DNA from: Polymyxa betae A26-41
Lineage: Eukaryota; Protista; Endomyxa: Phytomyxea
Assembly: GCA_003693705.1 (NCBI GenBank)
Contig: RBZT01000659.1
Span: 1-40,528 of the forward strand
Reading direction: 5' to 3'
Length of the DNA stretch: 40,528 nt
A model generated the notes under the pieces. That model made no database searches. It was not told where the DNA came from and was given only the letters and a program-made list of their open reading frames with translations. Positions 1-11,073 of the stretch are shown one piece after another. A program made the translations under genes and the position numbers. The stretch's first letter is position 1, and each line of letters starts with the position of its first letter.

Positions 1-176
1 CGATTCGATCCGAATCCTGCGTGGTATTACGTTTCAGGTCGAGACCATGAAAACAATTCACACGGTCACGTTACATGCAGTGATGGTCGGTTTCCGTGAC
101 CGGCCGTGACGGCGGCACACCGGCTGAGCTCGATTCATATCCGGCATTATCGGAGTACACGGACCCGGCAGACGAT

Positions 177-419
177 TTATCGCCTGGTGGGCCCATCCAC
201 GCAATGCGGTGAGACGGGGCCAGTATGACCGTGATTCTGTTCGAATATGAGACACTGGACGGAATCGTGTTCGAGTGAGCCTGATACCGGGTTAGGGTTA
301 GGGTTTGGTCTGTAGTAGGTGATCTCCGGACGATCTGAAGGAGGATCATAGGCATGACTGCCTGTACAGATCACAGCCAACACGATGTTGATTGACAACC
401 CGGTAGTGAAGATCATCAT
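177..419 (-). CDS. Short or truncated secreted-protein paralog (signal peptide + YDPPSD...RPNPNPNPVSGSxEHDSVQ leader); partner of the gene starting at 15985
   Basis: ORF MMIFTTGLSINIVLAVICTGSHA-YDPPSD... has a hydrophobic signal-like N-terminus. Nucleotides 254-519 align with 15823-16086. The frame stops about 25 aa after the shared block. Confidence 0.5.
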   Translation of the reverse strand: MMIFTTGLSINIVLAVICTGSHAYDPPSDRPEITYYRPNPNPNPVSGSLEHDSVQCLIFEQNHGHTGPVSPHCVDGPTRR

Positions 420-519
420 AGTCTTGGGAAGGACTTTCTGTTCGAGATTGAGACGAGGCGCCGGTCTTGGCAATCCGTGATTCTCGTCGGCGTCATTTGC
501 GCAACTCTGTCAAGTCTGC
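254..519 (+). repeat. Dispersed direct repeat, copy 1 (copy 2 at 15823-16086)
   Basis: Aligns by eye from ACTGGACGGA through GGGTTAGGGTTAGGGTTTGGTCTG and GATCACAGCCAACACGATGTTGAT to AAGTCTGC; roughly 80% identity. Confidence 0.9.
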
Positions 520-1662
520 GCGAGGCCGCATTCGTGTGAAACAAATAACCAATGGGAATGTACGACGTACCTGATCGGATATTGAGATATGCTAATATAT
601 TCCGTGTCTTATAGGCATCTGTTATGCCGCGGTAGACCAGAACCCTCGTACTGGCCCGAACGTAGATTTCCCGTTCCAGAACCACGATCTTCTTCAGATG
701 AAACTTCATAAAGTTGCCCTTTATCTCTGTATCTTCAATGCCGAATGGACACAGATGGAGCTCACTTTCCAGTATGGGCTCCAGCCAGCCAGAATGTGCT
801 GGCGTCCTCTTAGTTTGATTTTAACAATCTGCGTAATATTTATATCAGGATGGGAAAGAGCAGCCTTTGGAAACTCCAACAAAAAACTACTTTTGAGATT
901 ATACATAGATCCGGTGATTTGATAGAATTTGCAGAATGGTCGATTTTCAGTGAGCTTGATCGAAGACGAATTCGTTCCGTAGAAACCTCTCTTGTGAACT
1001 ATTCCAGTCGGAACATCGTGTGAGTCAATAAACACGGTTATTCTCCCAATGGCTGGTGAATCTAGATGCCGTGGCTGTCATACTGGACATCTGTGAAGGT
1101 GTGCTGTCATGGACGCTGCTGTCTGAGGTCGGCCTAAAAGCCGCCGTCTATACAGATTTCATGGAGAAAGCGTTTCTTCGATGGTAAGCTTATAACAGAT
1201 GCTCTTTCGATAGACTATAGGATGGATGAAGGCCTTTACGAACTTCCAGTTTCCGAGCCATGATTCTTTCACCCATTTATGTTGGTCGAAATCTCGTTCG
1301 GCCCTATTAAAAGGACCTATGAGAGAGGTTTGACAAGATAAGGGAGGCACCTACCCAACCCTAATTAACTCTCCTACTGGGTGTACCCAGCTTTCTATCT
1401 ACTTTGTTATATATAACATCCGTGTTCATATGCGCAGGAGATCAACTCTCCCATAAATTCACTGAGTATAAAATGCTGTATTAAAGTTTCCGATTCTTAA
1501 TTCCTTTTTTGTGTCAAAAATGCTCTAGTTGATTCTTGTGTTTTTTTTTAGTAGTTGATGTTCTACAGTTTATCATAAAACGATCAGCTCCTCTCAAGTA
1601 TGGTATTGGGGGAGTCTTCTTGCTGATACTTTAATTACGTTACCGCCTATCTCCGCGTCCGT

Positions 1663-1771
1663 NNNNNNNNNNNNNNNNNNNNNNNNNNNNNNNNNNNNNN
1701 NNNNNNNNNNNNNNNNNNNNNNNNNNNNNNNNNNNNNNNNNNNNNNNNNNNNNNNNNNNNNNNNNNNNNNN
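1663..1771. other. Assembly gap (109 N)
   Basis: Run of N in the sequence. Confidence 1.
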
Positions 1772-1839
1772 CTCCGCTACCGCAGCGTATCTCCTCCCAC
1801 TATCATAAACCGAGGTCGGACGACTCCCACCTGCCCGAA

Positions 1840-2737
1840 ATGTTCCACCTGATCCCGGATGCCATCGCTCTGAGCATATTCGAATATGTTGGCGCGTACT
1901 CCCGGTTACGTGATCTGATCCGCCGCACTTCGGGGTGTTTTCTCAAAGAACATCAACAAATTTCTCCTGAACGTCAAGTCATTTTGTTGGCTCACGCAGA
2001 AATTTCCCAAAGAGATTCTTTGCGAACAAGAAACTGAACCTCCCGAAAACCCGATTTTTGTTGGGGCCGTTGCCATGCCCCAACTGTTCGGAGCATTTCG
2101 TCTCTTGTATGTGGATGGGTATCTCATCATGAGCAAGGGCGACGGTTACATCATGAACACTCGTGGAGAGATTCGAGGGCCTTTTCACGGCCCCGACATT
2201 TGTATCGTAAACGACGCCGCAGGGTCCGCACGAGACTCGCATTTGGACCGCCGAAGGTCCGCAATTCTCTCCCGCCGCAGCTTGGGAATAATCCGTTTCG
2301 GTGGCGTTTTGTCGGCGATTACGTGATCGTCACATCCGTGAGTATGTCGAACTGCGGCATCTTCGATGCCACGAGCGGCGATCTGATCCACGCCATCGCA
2401 ATAGACACGCTTTGGGTGGGTCCAACATGTCACGGCTACCTCATGTTTCAAGCTCCGGAAATCTCCTTCTCTAATCCCATTCATTGTATGGATTTGAAGA
2501 CTGTCATACGGGTCCAGCTGGACGTAAAGATCTACTTTGAAGATGTTCCAGATATGTTGGTTCCTGGACATCAGATCATTCAACAGTCCGAGTCTGGTTG
2601 CACCATTTCGGACTTTGAACGAAACGAAAAAGTTTTTTTTTTTGGTATCGAGTGGGAACAACACTGAAGTGTGGTTTTTCTACCGGAAACAGCCGAATGG
2701 CCGCATACACTGCTACCGGGCCACCATACCGAATTGA
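1840..2737 (+). pseudogene. F-box-like protein with a beta-rich C-terminus, frameshifted
   Basis: N-terminus MFHLIPDAIALSIFEYVGAYSRLRDLIRRTS resembles the F-box pattern LPDEILxxIFxYL. Coding-like sequence continues through overlapping ORFs 2075-2326, 2200-2667 and 2537-2737 in alternating frames; one shift falls at the T run 2633-2643. Confidence 0.4.
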
Positions 2738-3366
2738 TCGAATCGATTTTAAACAGTTCGTTTGTGAGACGACTTTAATGACGTTACCCAAATAGACAAA
2801 GAAGCCTATCAGTGAAAACGACAAAAATGAAGAAGTATTCCTAGGTTTCCTAACAACCGCTTAGTAGAGAAGATCGTGAAGTAACGTTTCAAGGGGTAGG
2901 TTGCGGTCACATCAGATACAATCTGTGCAATCCATGAGAGCGACGCTGGGGGATAACCCTCCGAATCATCCCGGAACGGGTTTCTGTAATATCGGGGTCA
3001 TCGAATCATAGACAATCGGCAACTTGGTAACGTAAATTGTGTAAGGGTAATACTACAAGTTTATTCGACTAGCTGCCATGAGTACAGGATGTGGTTGGGG
3101 ACACATTACATGACTGTTTAATAGCATGGGCTTAACGTTAACATACCATTGCCACGTTTCCAGTAACGGTGGGCTGCCGGGTTGGACATGGACGCTCGCA
3201 TTCCTATGGCGCTGTTGGTGTAGACGAAGTACAAGCAGAAGTTTCTTGTTGGTTTTAATTCCCACTATCAGCCGCGGAGTTTGGTGACAAAAACATGGTG
3301 ATCAAATCGGCCCAGCCGGAGAAGTTGTAGGCGTTACTACTGTTTAGAACGTTAGAGAGAGATTAA

Positions 3367-3393
3367 GAGGGAGTCGCACAGATAGCAGGGTCG
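3367..3393. mobile_element. Solo degenerate TIR of the same Mutator-like family as 3638-4399
   Basis: GAGGGAGTCGCACAGATAGCAGGGTCG aligns with the right TIR GAGGGGTCGCCCGCGTAGCAGGGTCG; no partner end found in the window. Confidence 0.55.
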
Positions 3394-3637
3394 TTCAAGA
3401 AATCGCTCCGATCTCTTGTCAAAGCGATGGCGGAGGATGCTGATTCACTGCAGGTATGCAACGTGTAAACAGTTACATTCCACTGAACAAGAAACGTAAT
3501 TGGCTGTTTCGAAACGATTTCGAACTCCCGCTTTTACAGAACCGCGCGTATGGTTTCCATACAAAAAGTTCTATACAAAATCGAGCAGATAATGGCAGCC
3601 AAATTGTTTGTTGATGAAATATAAACAATTTATTGAA

Positions 3638-4399
3638 CGACCCTGCTACGCGGGCGACCCCTCGCCCCGACTCTATGTGGGTGACATCCCTCATTCCTTT
3701 ATCTTGTTATCAAGCCTCTCTAGGCTCTTGGGTTTGGGGAGCACTCTCTGTCTGCCGCCGGATCAGACTCCGACTGCGGATTACAGTGACTGTGCGGTTT
3801 CCCTGTGCTTTTCGCCATCTGAATCAACTATCATGTCCAATTTATTGATCCACAAGTTTTGGAGGACTGACACAGGGTGGCATTTCATCTTCCCGTGTCA
3901 CTGCCGCTTTCGGGTCGATGCGACTGGGATCGGGGTCGAATTCTGATTCTTGTGATTCTGAAGAAATGAGATTTTCCGATTTGGCCTCTCTGTGCAAAGC
4001 AATTATATTACGATCAGTTTCAAACCGTTCGTTTATTTTAATTGGTTAAATCCACGTTATCGGCTTTGTTGGACACAATTAAGTCTTCTGAAATCACACA
4101 GAAAGATAATGATGACGATGTAATCATTCGAAATCCGGTCAAGTTGAAGACCAAAGGCAGGCCGAAAATAGGAGGTAAAAGATATAAGTCCCAAACTGAG
4201 AAGAAGCGCAGTCAGCCCAAAAAGAAGAAGAATAAAAGCTGACGACCGTCATCCATGTTTTCGTGCAAATACAGACATAGAGACGTAAGCACGTGAAGGT
4301 TATTCTGCACATAGGCACGATCTTGAAGGGAGAGAGTCCTAAAGAGATATGTCGCCCGCGCAGTTTTCGGGGCGAGGGGTCGCCCGCGTAGCAGGGTCG
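3638..4399 (+). mobile_element. Non-autonomous Mutator-like (MULE) DNA transposon, 762 bp, internal-deletion derivative
   Basis: Perfect 33-bp TIRs CGACCCTGCTACGCGGGCGACCCCTCGCCCCGA (3638-3670 and 4367-4399). 9-bp TSD TTTATTGAA at 3629-3637 and 4400-4408. The interior encodes frameshifted AFRHLNQLSCP/NLLIHKFWRTD and IIRNPVKLKTKGRPK, typical of the post-SWIM C-terminus of MULE/FAR1 transposases. Confidence 0.9.
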
Positions 4400-4442
4400 T
4401 TTATTGAAATATGCGTGTTATTGCTACTAAAAGTTTAACAGC

Positions 4443-6480
4443 TTACAGAATGAGTAATTGGGTAGAATTTACTGTAGATAGAGCAGGACATTGTCCAGTA
4501 TGTCCAGGACAGTAATTCTGTTGAAATTGATAATGATCTATATAATGTCCGAGTATATGAGAAAAATAATTGACATCATTATTACAATGATGTTCAAGAC
4601 AGTATAATATTGGATTTAGAGAATCTCGGTGATATTCCTCCAGATCAGATGAATGTTTGAAATTCCGCTCCTTCAGGTAACCATTCATTCGCTGTAGACA
4701 CTCCAACATGGTCTTCTATGATATATTCAGAAAATACAGATAAACTTGAACATAGTAATACCGTTTCAGATCCTTGCAGAGAATATCTCAATAAACAATG
4801 AGAAAGTCCTTTCTATCACGAACTAGTTGTGATTTGATCGAGTATTTAAACTTGTTACTGACAATGAGAGTCTCAAATCCGCACGGTTTCCTCTCGCTGC
4901 TCTGCCTAGAACAATGCATCTGAAAAAACGGATTTCCCCATCGCGATTGAAAAGTCCGAAGATCATTCTGACAGCAGATTCCACCACATGAACGTACCGA
5001 GAAACATGTTCGCCGCAGCAAATGATCCCAGCGTATAGGTTGCTGGCTCAAATTCGGGTCGGTAATCTTGGCCTGAACTAATTTCTGGCATAAACTGGCC
5101 ACAGTTAATAAGTCCGAGGTTTCCGTCAATATGAGCTGATCATCGAGATATTTGATAATCATGGGGTCTTTTACAGTGTTCTTGCCCTTTGGTGCGGCAA
5201 AGATGCTCGTATCAGTAAGAAACGCGAATTCGTCATCATCAGGCTGCTTTTTCTGAATGAAAGTTTCAGAGGGAGATTCCGCATTCAATATGAAGAAATC
5301 TCACCAGAAAAGCGCACAGAGTAGTGTAGTCTGTGATCTTTTCGACATTAAAATCAAACAATTTTTGAAGTTCATGCAGAACGAATGGCAGAGAGAGTTC
5401 CTTTGGCGATGAACGAAATTTTCGAACGTTTCGAGGACGGTTTGTTGAAAGAGCGATCTCGGACTGGATTCATCAACGGATTCGGCAGTTGAGAGTTTCG
5501 ATCGGCATCGATCTCCGGAACAGTTTCTCAGGAATTTCGAATACTTGAAGGGATTGCCCCAGACGGTCTGAAACTTTCGGAGATCGTTCTGACAGCATTG
5601 TTTGATACATCGAAGTACAGGACGACACACCTCATACATCCAATTCCGAATGTTCGAACCGACCCTATTCCAAGACCATCCACGTTTCCGGGAAGCCCAG
5701 ACTAGTTTCCGATACAGATTCGCAATCAGAATTAGAATCTGTAATGTGCTGCGAGCAGAACAGATTTGTTGTATTTGGCTCATATCCAGATCATCTCCAA
5801 TCAGATTGACAACAAATGGAGAGTTAAAGATGAAGCATTGATCTGCATCATCAGAAGTTGAAGACAGGAATTGAAGTTCTTCCTCATTCGGCTCTTTGAT
5901 CTAATCTGCAGTCAATATACAGCCGGAAAAATGTTTCTGAAACTCACCAGAAACTTGCAAAGACTGTAATAGTCATTGATATCGGAAACATCATGATTGA
6001 ATGAAAACGGAAAAAGGTCAGATGGCGATGATGTCTCGTCAATACGAGGACGTTTTCGGGAGAGCGCATGAACTGGTTCATCATTCTGATGACGAAAATC
6101 TCAGCGAATTTAAAGACATGAAACATGATAAGGAAACATTACATTGATAGATTCCGGAATAAGAGGTAAATCCGGAACATTATCTGTATGATATAGTAAA
6201 GATGTTGGTGTTGATAACGTTTTAATATCAGGTAGGATGTCCAATATTTCATGTATTTCATTCCCAATGAACATCTGAAAAATGCATAAATTTCATAATA
6301 TGACAGTTATATAACCATTTCATACATTAAAATCTATATCCAAATCAAATGAAGGATCGAAAAGATTGTTGAAGGAGGGAAGATCCGAGTAATCTTCGAT
6401 TGAATATGAAATATAGAGTATAGGTTCCTATAATGCATGTTAAAGAGATGTGATTATGTTTCTATCAGAGCAATCTTACT
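4443..6480 (-). pseudogene. Spliced gene of unknown function with three copies of a Cys-containing repeat; 5' part apparently cut by the LINE
   Basis: Minus-strand exons with GT-AG introns (EPILYISYS..., MFIGNEIHE..., FRHQNDEP...LCKFL|IKEPNEEELQFL, LCAFL|KKQPDDDEFAFL). Repeats: PVLRCIKQCCQNDLRKFQTVWGNPF, SVRSCGGICCQNDLRTFQSRWGNPF, PILYCLEHHCNNDVNYFSHILG. Exon structure approximate. Confidence 0.55.
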
Positions 6481-6486
6481 ACAGAG

Positions 6487-7695
6487 TCAGTAACGTGGAG
6501 CGACAGTACCAGGAGTCTCTTCAAGATAGTCTGTAACATTACTAGGCCCAGAACCGATTGTAGCCAAGCAGTCAGATATGCTGAGTATCAGGAAGGCACT
6601 CGCTGGGCCAACCATTTCCAGGCAAATAGTCGGACTCCGGAGTTGCTGTCGTGGCAGAACAAAAGTTTCGCGCAGTTTTGGCGGATCCAAATATATCACA
6701 GAATCACTGTGTTGAAACAACCCGTTATCGCTTCTGAAACTTTCTTGGCAGTTCTCCCAGGACCTGAGAAAGCCGTCGAAAAAATTATCCTCAAAACGCC
6801 CAACTCTGTCAAACTCACGTATAATACTCCAGCCGAAGCAGAGACAATCATACGACGGGGGAACATTAAAATACTCGGCAACTCATACAACGTCCAAGCG
6901 CCAAACTAGCGCCGACAAACTAATGCTGCAATCTGTAAGGTTTGCAAATCCCGCGAATGCCACGACCTCAATTGCAAGAATCTTCGATACTATTACCGAA
7001 GAAGCAACAGATAAATTACGCCGGACACCGCCACCTAGTAATGAAGCTCCATACCAGAATCTTGGCAATCCATGTCAATTGCCTACTCCCACCGAAACAT
7101 TCCATAATCCACGATTAGAAGAAGACAAAATACATCGAGACAGGCAACGGAGCCGCTCGGCAGAAAAACATCACAGAATATTTCAGTAGAATGCAGCTTG
7201 AGCAGACACAGAACAATTCCATGACACAAAGTATTGCAACGAGTGATTCTGATCCACATAACACGGCAGCGAACAACAAGAATGCCACATAAAAATCCTT
7301 CAATATGGAATGCATGTTCACTGAACGCCGAAAAAAGAACACCGCTCGAACTCCTGGTCTCCAAAAGCAAATATGAAATACTTTGCATTTCCGAGATAGG
7401 AAACTATAGAAAAATCCGAGGCTTTCCGAACAACTATCATAGCAATACAGACACCCAAAGTGCAATTTTCTGGAGGGACGGCCTCAAAATAGAGAAAATT
7501 CAGACAGAATTTGATTGTCAACATGAGCGAGCATTAACTCAATGTATAAATATCAACAACGAACTTCTCGTAGTGCACACATATATAGCTCCAGATCAAA
7601 CCCATAGAGCAAGAAAAAAATACTGGCAAGACTTCCTAACATTCATAGAAAGAATGGTGCAATGGAAATCCGATGCATAAAATCATCATAACCAC
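6487..7695 (+). mobile_element. Non-LTR retrotransposon (LINE) fragment: decayed ORF1 plus N-terminal APE endonuclease; RT missing
   Basis: ORF1-like VKLTYNTPAEAETIIRRGNIKILGNSYNVQAP is followed, after a stop, by the CKVCKSRECHDLNC knuckle. ORF 7234-7680 has APE motifs IWNACSL, EILCISE, SAIFW and VVHTYIAP, then HKIII after a frameshift, and stops before the GDFN motif. Confidence 0.8.
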
Positions 7696-7899
7696 CATTG
7701 CCGGATGGTCGTACTATGAAGGTCGTCCAATGATGAGATCTGCGAGGGTTAGGGTTTTTGGAAGGGCTCTCCAGACTCGCTCTGTCTCTCTACCAATCAG
7801 GACTGAGCTATTGTTTGCATCTCACATCTTCACAATTTCTGTTGCTTTTTATTAGTACTACGTCGACGAAAGCGCAAAAAGATGTAAAAAAGCCGCAGA

Positions 7900-8491
7900 G
7901 ATTCTCTATCAGCATTTTGCCTTTGGCTTTTTCAGAGTTGTTAATTATCGATAAAGACATCTATTTTGCGTGTTTCACCATTTTAATGTTTAACCAACGG
8001 TGGAATAGAGACTTTGTCTCTAAGACTCTTACTGAGAACAATATATCTGTCTATATGGGGGCAGGCAGAGCAATGCAGACAACAAAACAACTGAGGAGAA
8101 AATGCTCATAGCTGATGTCGCTTTGTAAAGACCTGATCATACGCTCATGTTTGAGATAGATATATGGTTAAGTCGACATTAACTGCTCTGTTGCAAACTG
8201 CTATAAAATCATCCGAAGTACAGCAACCAGACGATATCGGATCATTATGAAAAATCCGGTGAAAGTCAGAACAAAGGGCAGGCCAAAAATAGAATCTAAG
8301 CGATACATCAGCCAAGCGGAGCTGCACCAAAATCAGCATCAGCGGAAGAAGGGGAGGACATCTCTGCCCTGAAAGGGAAACATGTCCAAGTGGCGTTAGA
8401 GCCCGCCGAATACGGTTTCCTTAAAAACAGATTCACTGTTTACCTTGTAGTATCCATAGTATGCAGAGGGGTCGCACACATAGCAGATTCG
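7900..8491 (+). mobile_element. Mutator-like element remnant (transposase C-terminus plus right TIR), related to 3638-4399
   Basis: Encodes IYFAC...NQRWNRD, MVKSTLTALLQTAIKSSEV and IIMKNPVKVRTKGRPKI, colinear with 3990-4200. Ends in GAGGGGTCGCACACATAGCAGATTCG (8466-8491). Left boundary uncertain. Confidence 0.75.
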
Positions 8492-8704
8492 TTCCAGTAA
8501 ACGACCTCCATGTCTTGGCTCTCATGCGCCTCCCAAACTGAGATCCACGGACTTTCGAAAGAGTGTGGCGGTCGAAGAAAACTTGTTCGAATTTGCTGCC
8601 CATCAGCTTCGCTGCTGGTTGCGAGGAGACATCGAGTAGAATGCCTTTTGGCTTCAAGATGTTGGATGACATTGGCGGCGGTGGTCGCGGCGCACGGCAG
8701 CGAA

Positions 8705-10910
8705 TGTCAGAGGATCCGTCAGCGGAGCGATTGATGGATGTTGCCCGGAGAAAGATAATCAGGCAGCATGATAACAGCAATTTCAAGACGAGATTTAACG
8801 CCTGTCTGGGCAGCTGTCATGTTACTATGAGACTGAGTTTATTCGCCCAAATGATGGCGAATGGGAAACCGAAGCGAGGAAGATGGACCTCTACGATAAC
8901 TGATTATTATGCAGTAAACTCATTTTTCAGTCGACGGAAAACTGGCTGCGCATCAGTCAACGGAAGCGCAACCACCTTTCCGTACGGAATACGAGAACCG
9001 CAATACAGTGATTTGAAGGTGAGCTCAACACACTTCCTCGAGAGAGAGACTCTTGCTCATGTTCTGCCGATTTTGTCGAGAGCCCGAAGGCCAATGCGCT
9101 ACCAATTGCAGTGGGGCTTCACAAGGGCTTCAGCAAACAATGAAGGATCAGCTGGAAAGGCTCCAGCTATCGAAGGTAGCTGCCGAGAACAGTCGCCGTC
9201 GTAACGGAGGCTCGCGTACCAAAACCGGCAATCCTGCTCTCACAAAAGTAAATGTGACAGCGTATCCTGCTGCAATGGATCCGAACGCACGTAAACCAAT
9301 AAAGTTGGAAAAAGGAGCTCCCGTAAATATTGTATTTACGTTGGATGCAACGTACGACCAAGTTCTGGTCGATGTGCAGGATCGACTTTTCCCTTATCCG
9401 ATCTGGAAGCTAGCGGAATACAAGCGTGCGACCGCTGATGACGCTATCATTCTTCCCGAAACACCGTTTGCCAATTTCCCATTCAATCTGGGCGGCAGAG
9501 GTGGCAAGAAAGCTTTGTGGCTGGTTCGCATTGAGGACGACGACCCTGATGTTCAAATTCTGAAACAGGCTGAGACTGAGAATGTCTTTTGTCGTAATAA
9601 TGACGACTTTGAAAATTATGTTGCGGTCGACGGTCGATCCTTATCTCCTGTTGCTGTGACGTCGTTTCATTCCAGTAACGCCGCAGTCGACCAAGGCATA
9701 GCTTCAAATGCTTTCGGTGCCGTAACAGGCGCGAAACAGCCTACCTTTGAAGAAGTTTACAACCACGCGAAAGGCAACAGCGGATCTTGCGGCAATGTCG
9801 TTGCTATTCTTCGACAGTATGATGTATCGTCGAGTCCACCTCAATGGACTGAGCGCTTCCTGACTTCGTTTAATTACCAAATATGGAAGATCCTGTTACT
9901 GACGGTATGTGCAAAGAGGTCTACAGAGATGCTATGTTCAAATGCATATTTAATAACGACAAAGTCGTTTTCAAAGCCGCTCGTGATAGCAAAAATGACA
10001 GCCTCAACATGCATTCCCGATCTGTCCAAAATATGGCATTAGCGGCAGTCGCTGCGACAGAGTTGAATTCTTGTTTACCAGAAAAGAAATATCATATCAA
10101 GTTTTGCGACAGTGTGATCGTCGAATTGCTATCCGAGACGATTGATCTTCTGAGCAGTTCAGAAGAACCCATACAAAAAATGTTGCAAAAGGAATCATCT
10201 GGGTAGTTGAACGTCAGCTTAAGAGCTCCCGATCATTTCAGAAATATGTTTCAAATACTGGCGAAATTGTTGCAATCGACGAATGCCTAAGTGATCGGTC
10301 CAAATTAGATCGTATGATTGCGACAGCTTTTGCACACTGGTCGTTCACACGATCCACCGGCAAATGATGTTTCTGGATTTGCAAGGATGCCGTAGTGAAT
10401 TTGTCGACGTCGAAATCGTCACCTCCAGTGATTCCGAGTCACTGTTCAAGGTTGAAAAATTTGGGTGTGGAATCGATTAAAATGTTCTTTGATCAACATG
10501 AGTGCAACTTTATATGCCAGTACTTTGAATTGAAGTTTCCTACCTTTAATTTTGAATCGAAAACGCAGGAAATTTCCGTTGCACCCGTCGTAAATCCAAC
10601 AAGCGAATGTGGTGGGAAGATTAGTGAGGACGATGATGAACGGAAATTGTGTGGAAACGTTGAACTTTCTCCGACCGTCCACGATAAGCAGGACCGTGAA
10701 GTCGTCGAAGAAGAAAATTGTTCAATCTCTGGATGCAATGAAACCAATGTCAATGCGAACGAAAGTCTCGCATTGCAGAATTCTAATCAAGTTCGGAAAC
10801 GAAAGCGCCCTCCAACTTCGTCAACGTTAAAGTCGAAGATGAGTGAGGACCATACAATCAACCGAATGTCGAGTCGTTTTCGTCGGTTAGCTCGTCGAAC
10901 GCGCGATTAA
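8705..10910 (+). pseudogene. Alpha-kinase (eEF2K/MHCK-type atypical kinase) gene with several frameshifts
   Basis: Joined frames give KVVFK...WVVERQL..FQKYVSNTG...TAFAHWSFTRS..MMFLDLQG...FVDVEI...NLGVESIKMFFDQHECNFICQYFEL. This matches the alpha-kinase order FxKYNSN, AFSHF, DLQG, DPQI, NLG, HxCNxxC. Shifts near 9880, 10190, 10364 and 10460. Start uncertain. Confidence 0.85.
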
Positions 10911-11073
10911 AACTGACAGAATAAGCTCTCAAAATTAACTTTGACCAGAACGAGTCAAATTTTATTAAAATTTAAATTTGGTTTAGCAAAGGTTCAATCA
11001 CAGTGCGCTGTGCCCGAAGATACAAGAACGACTCAGACATGTTTTCTCTTGTAATTGGGAAAAGGTTCGCCAC

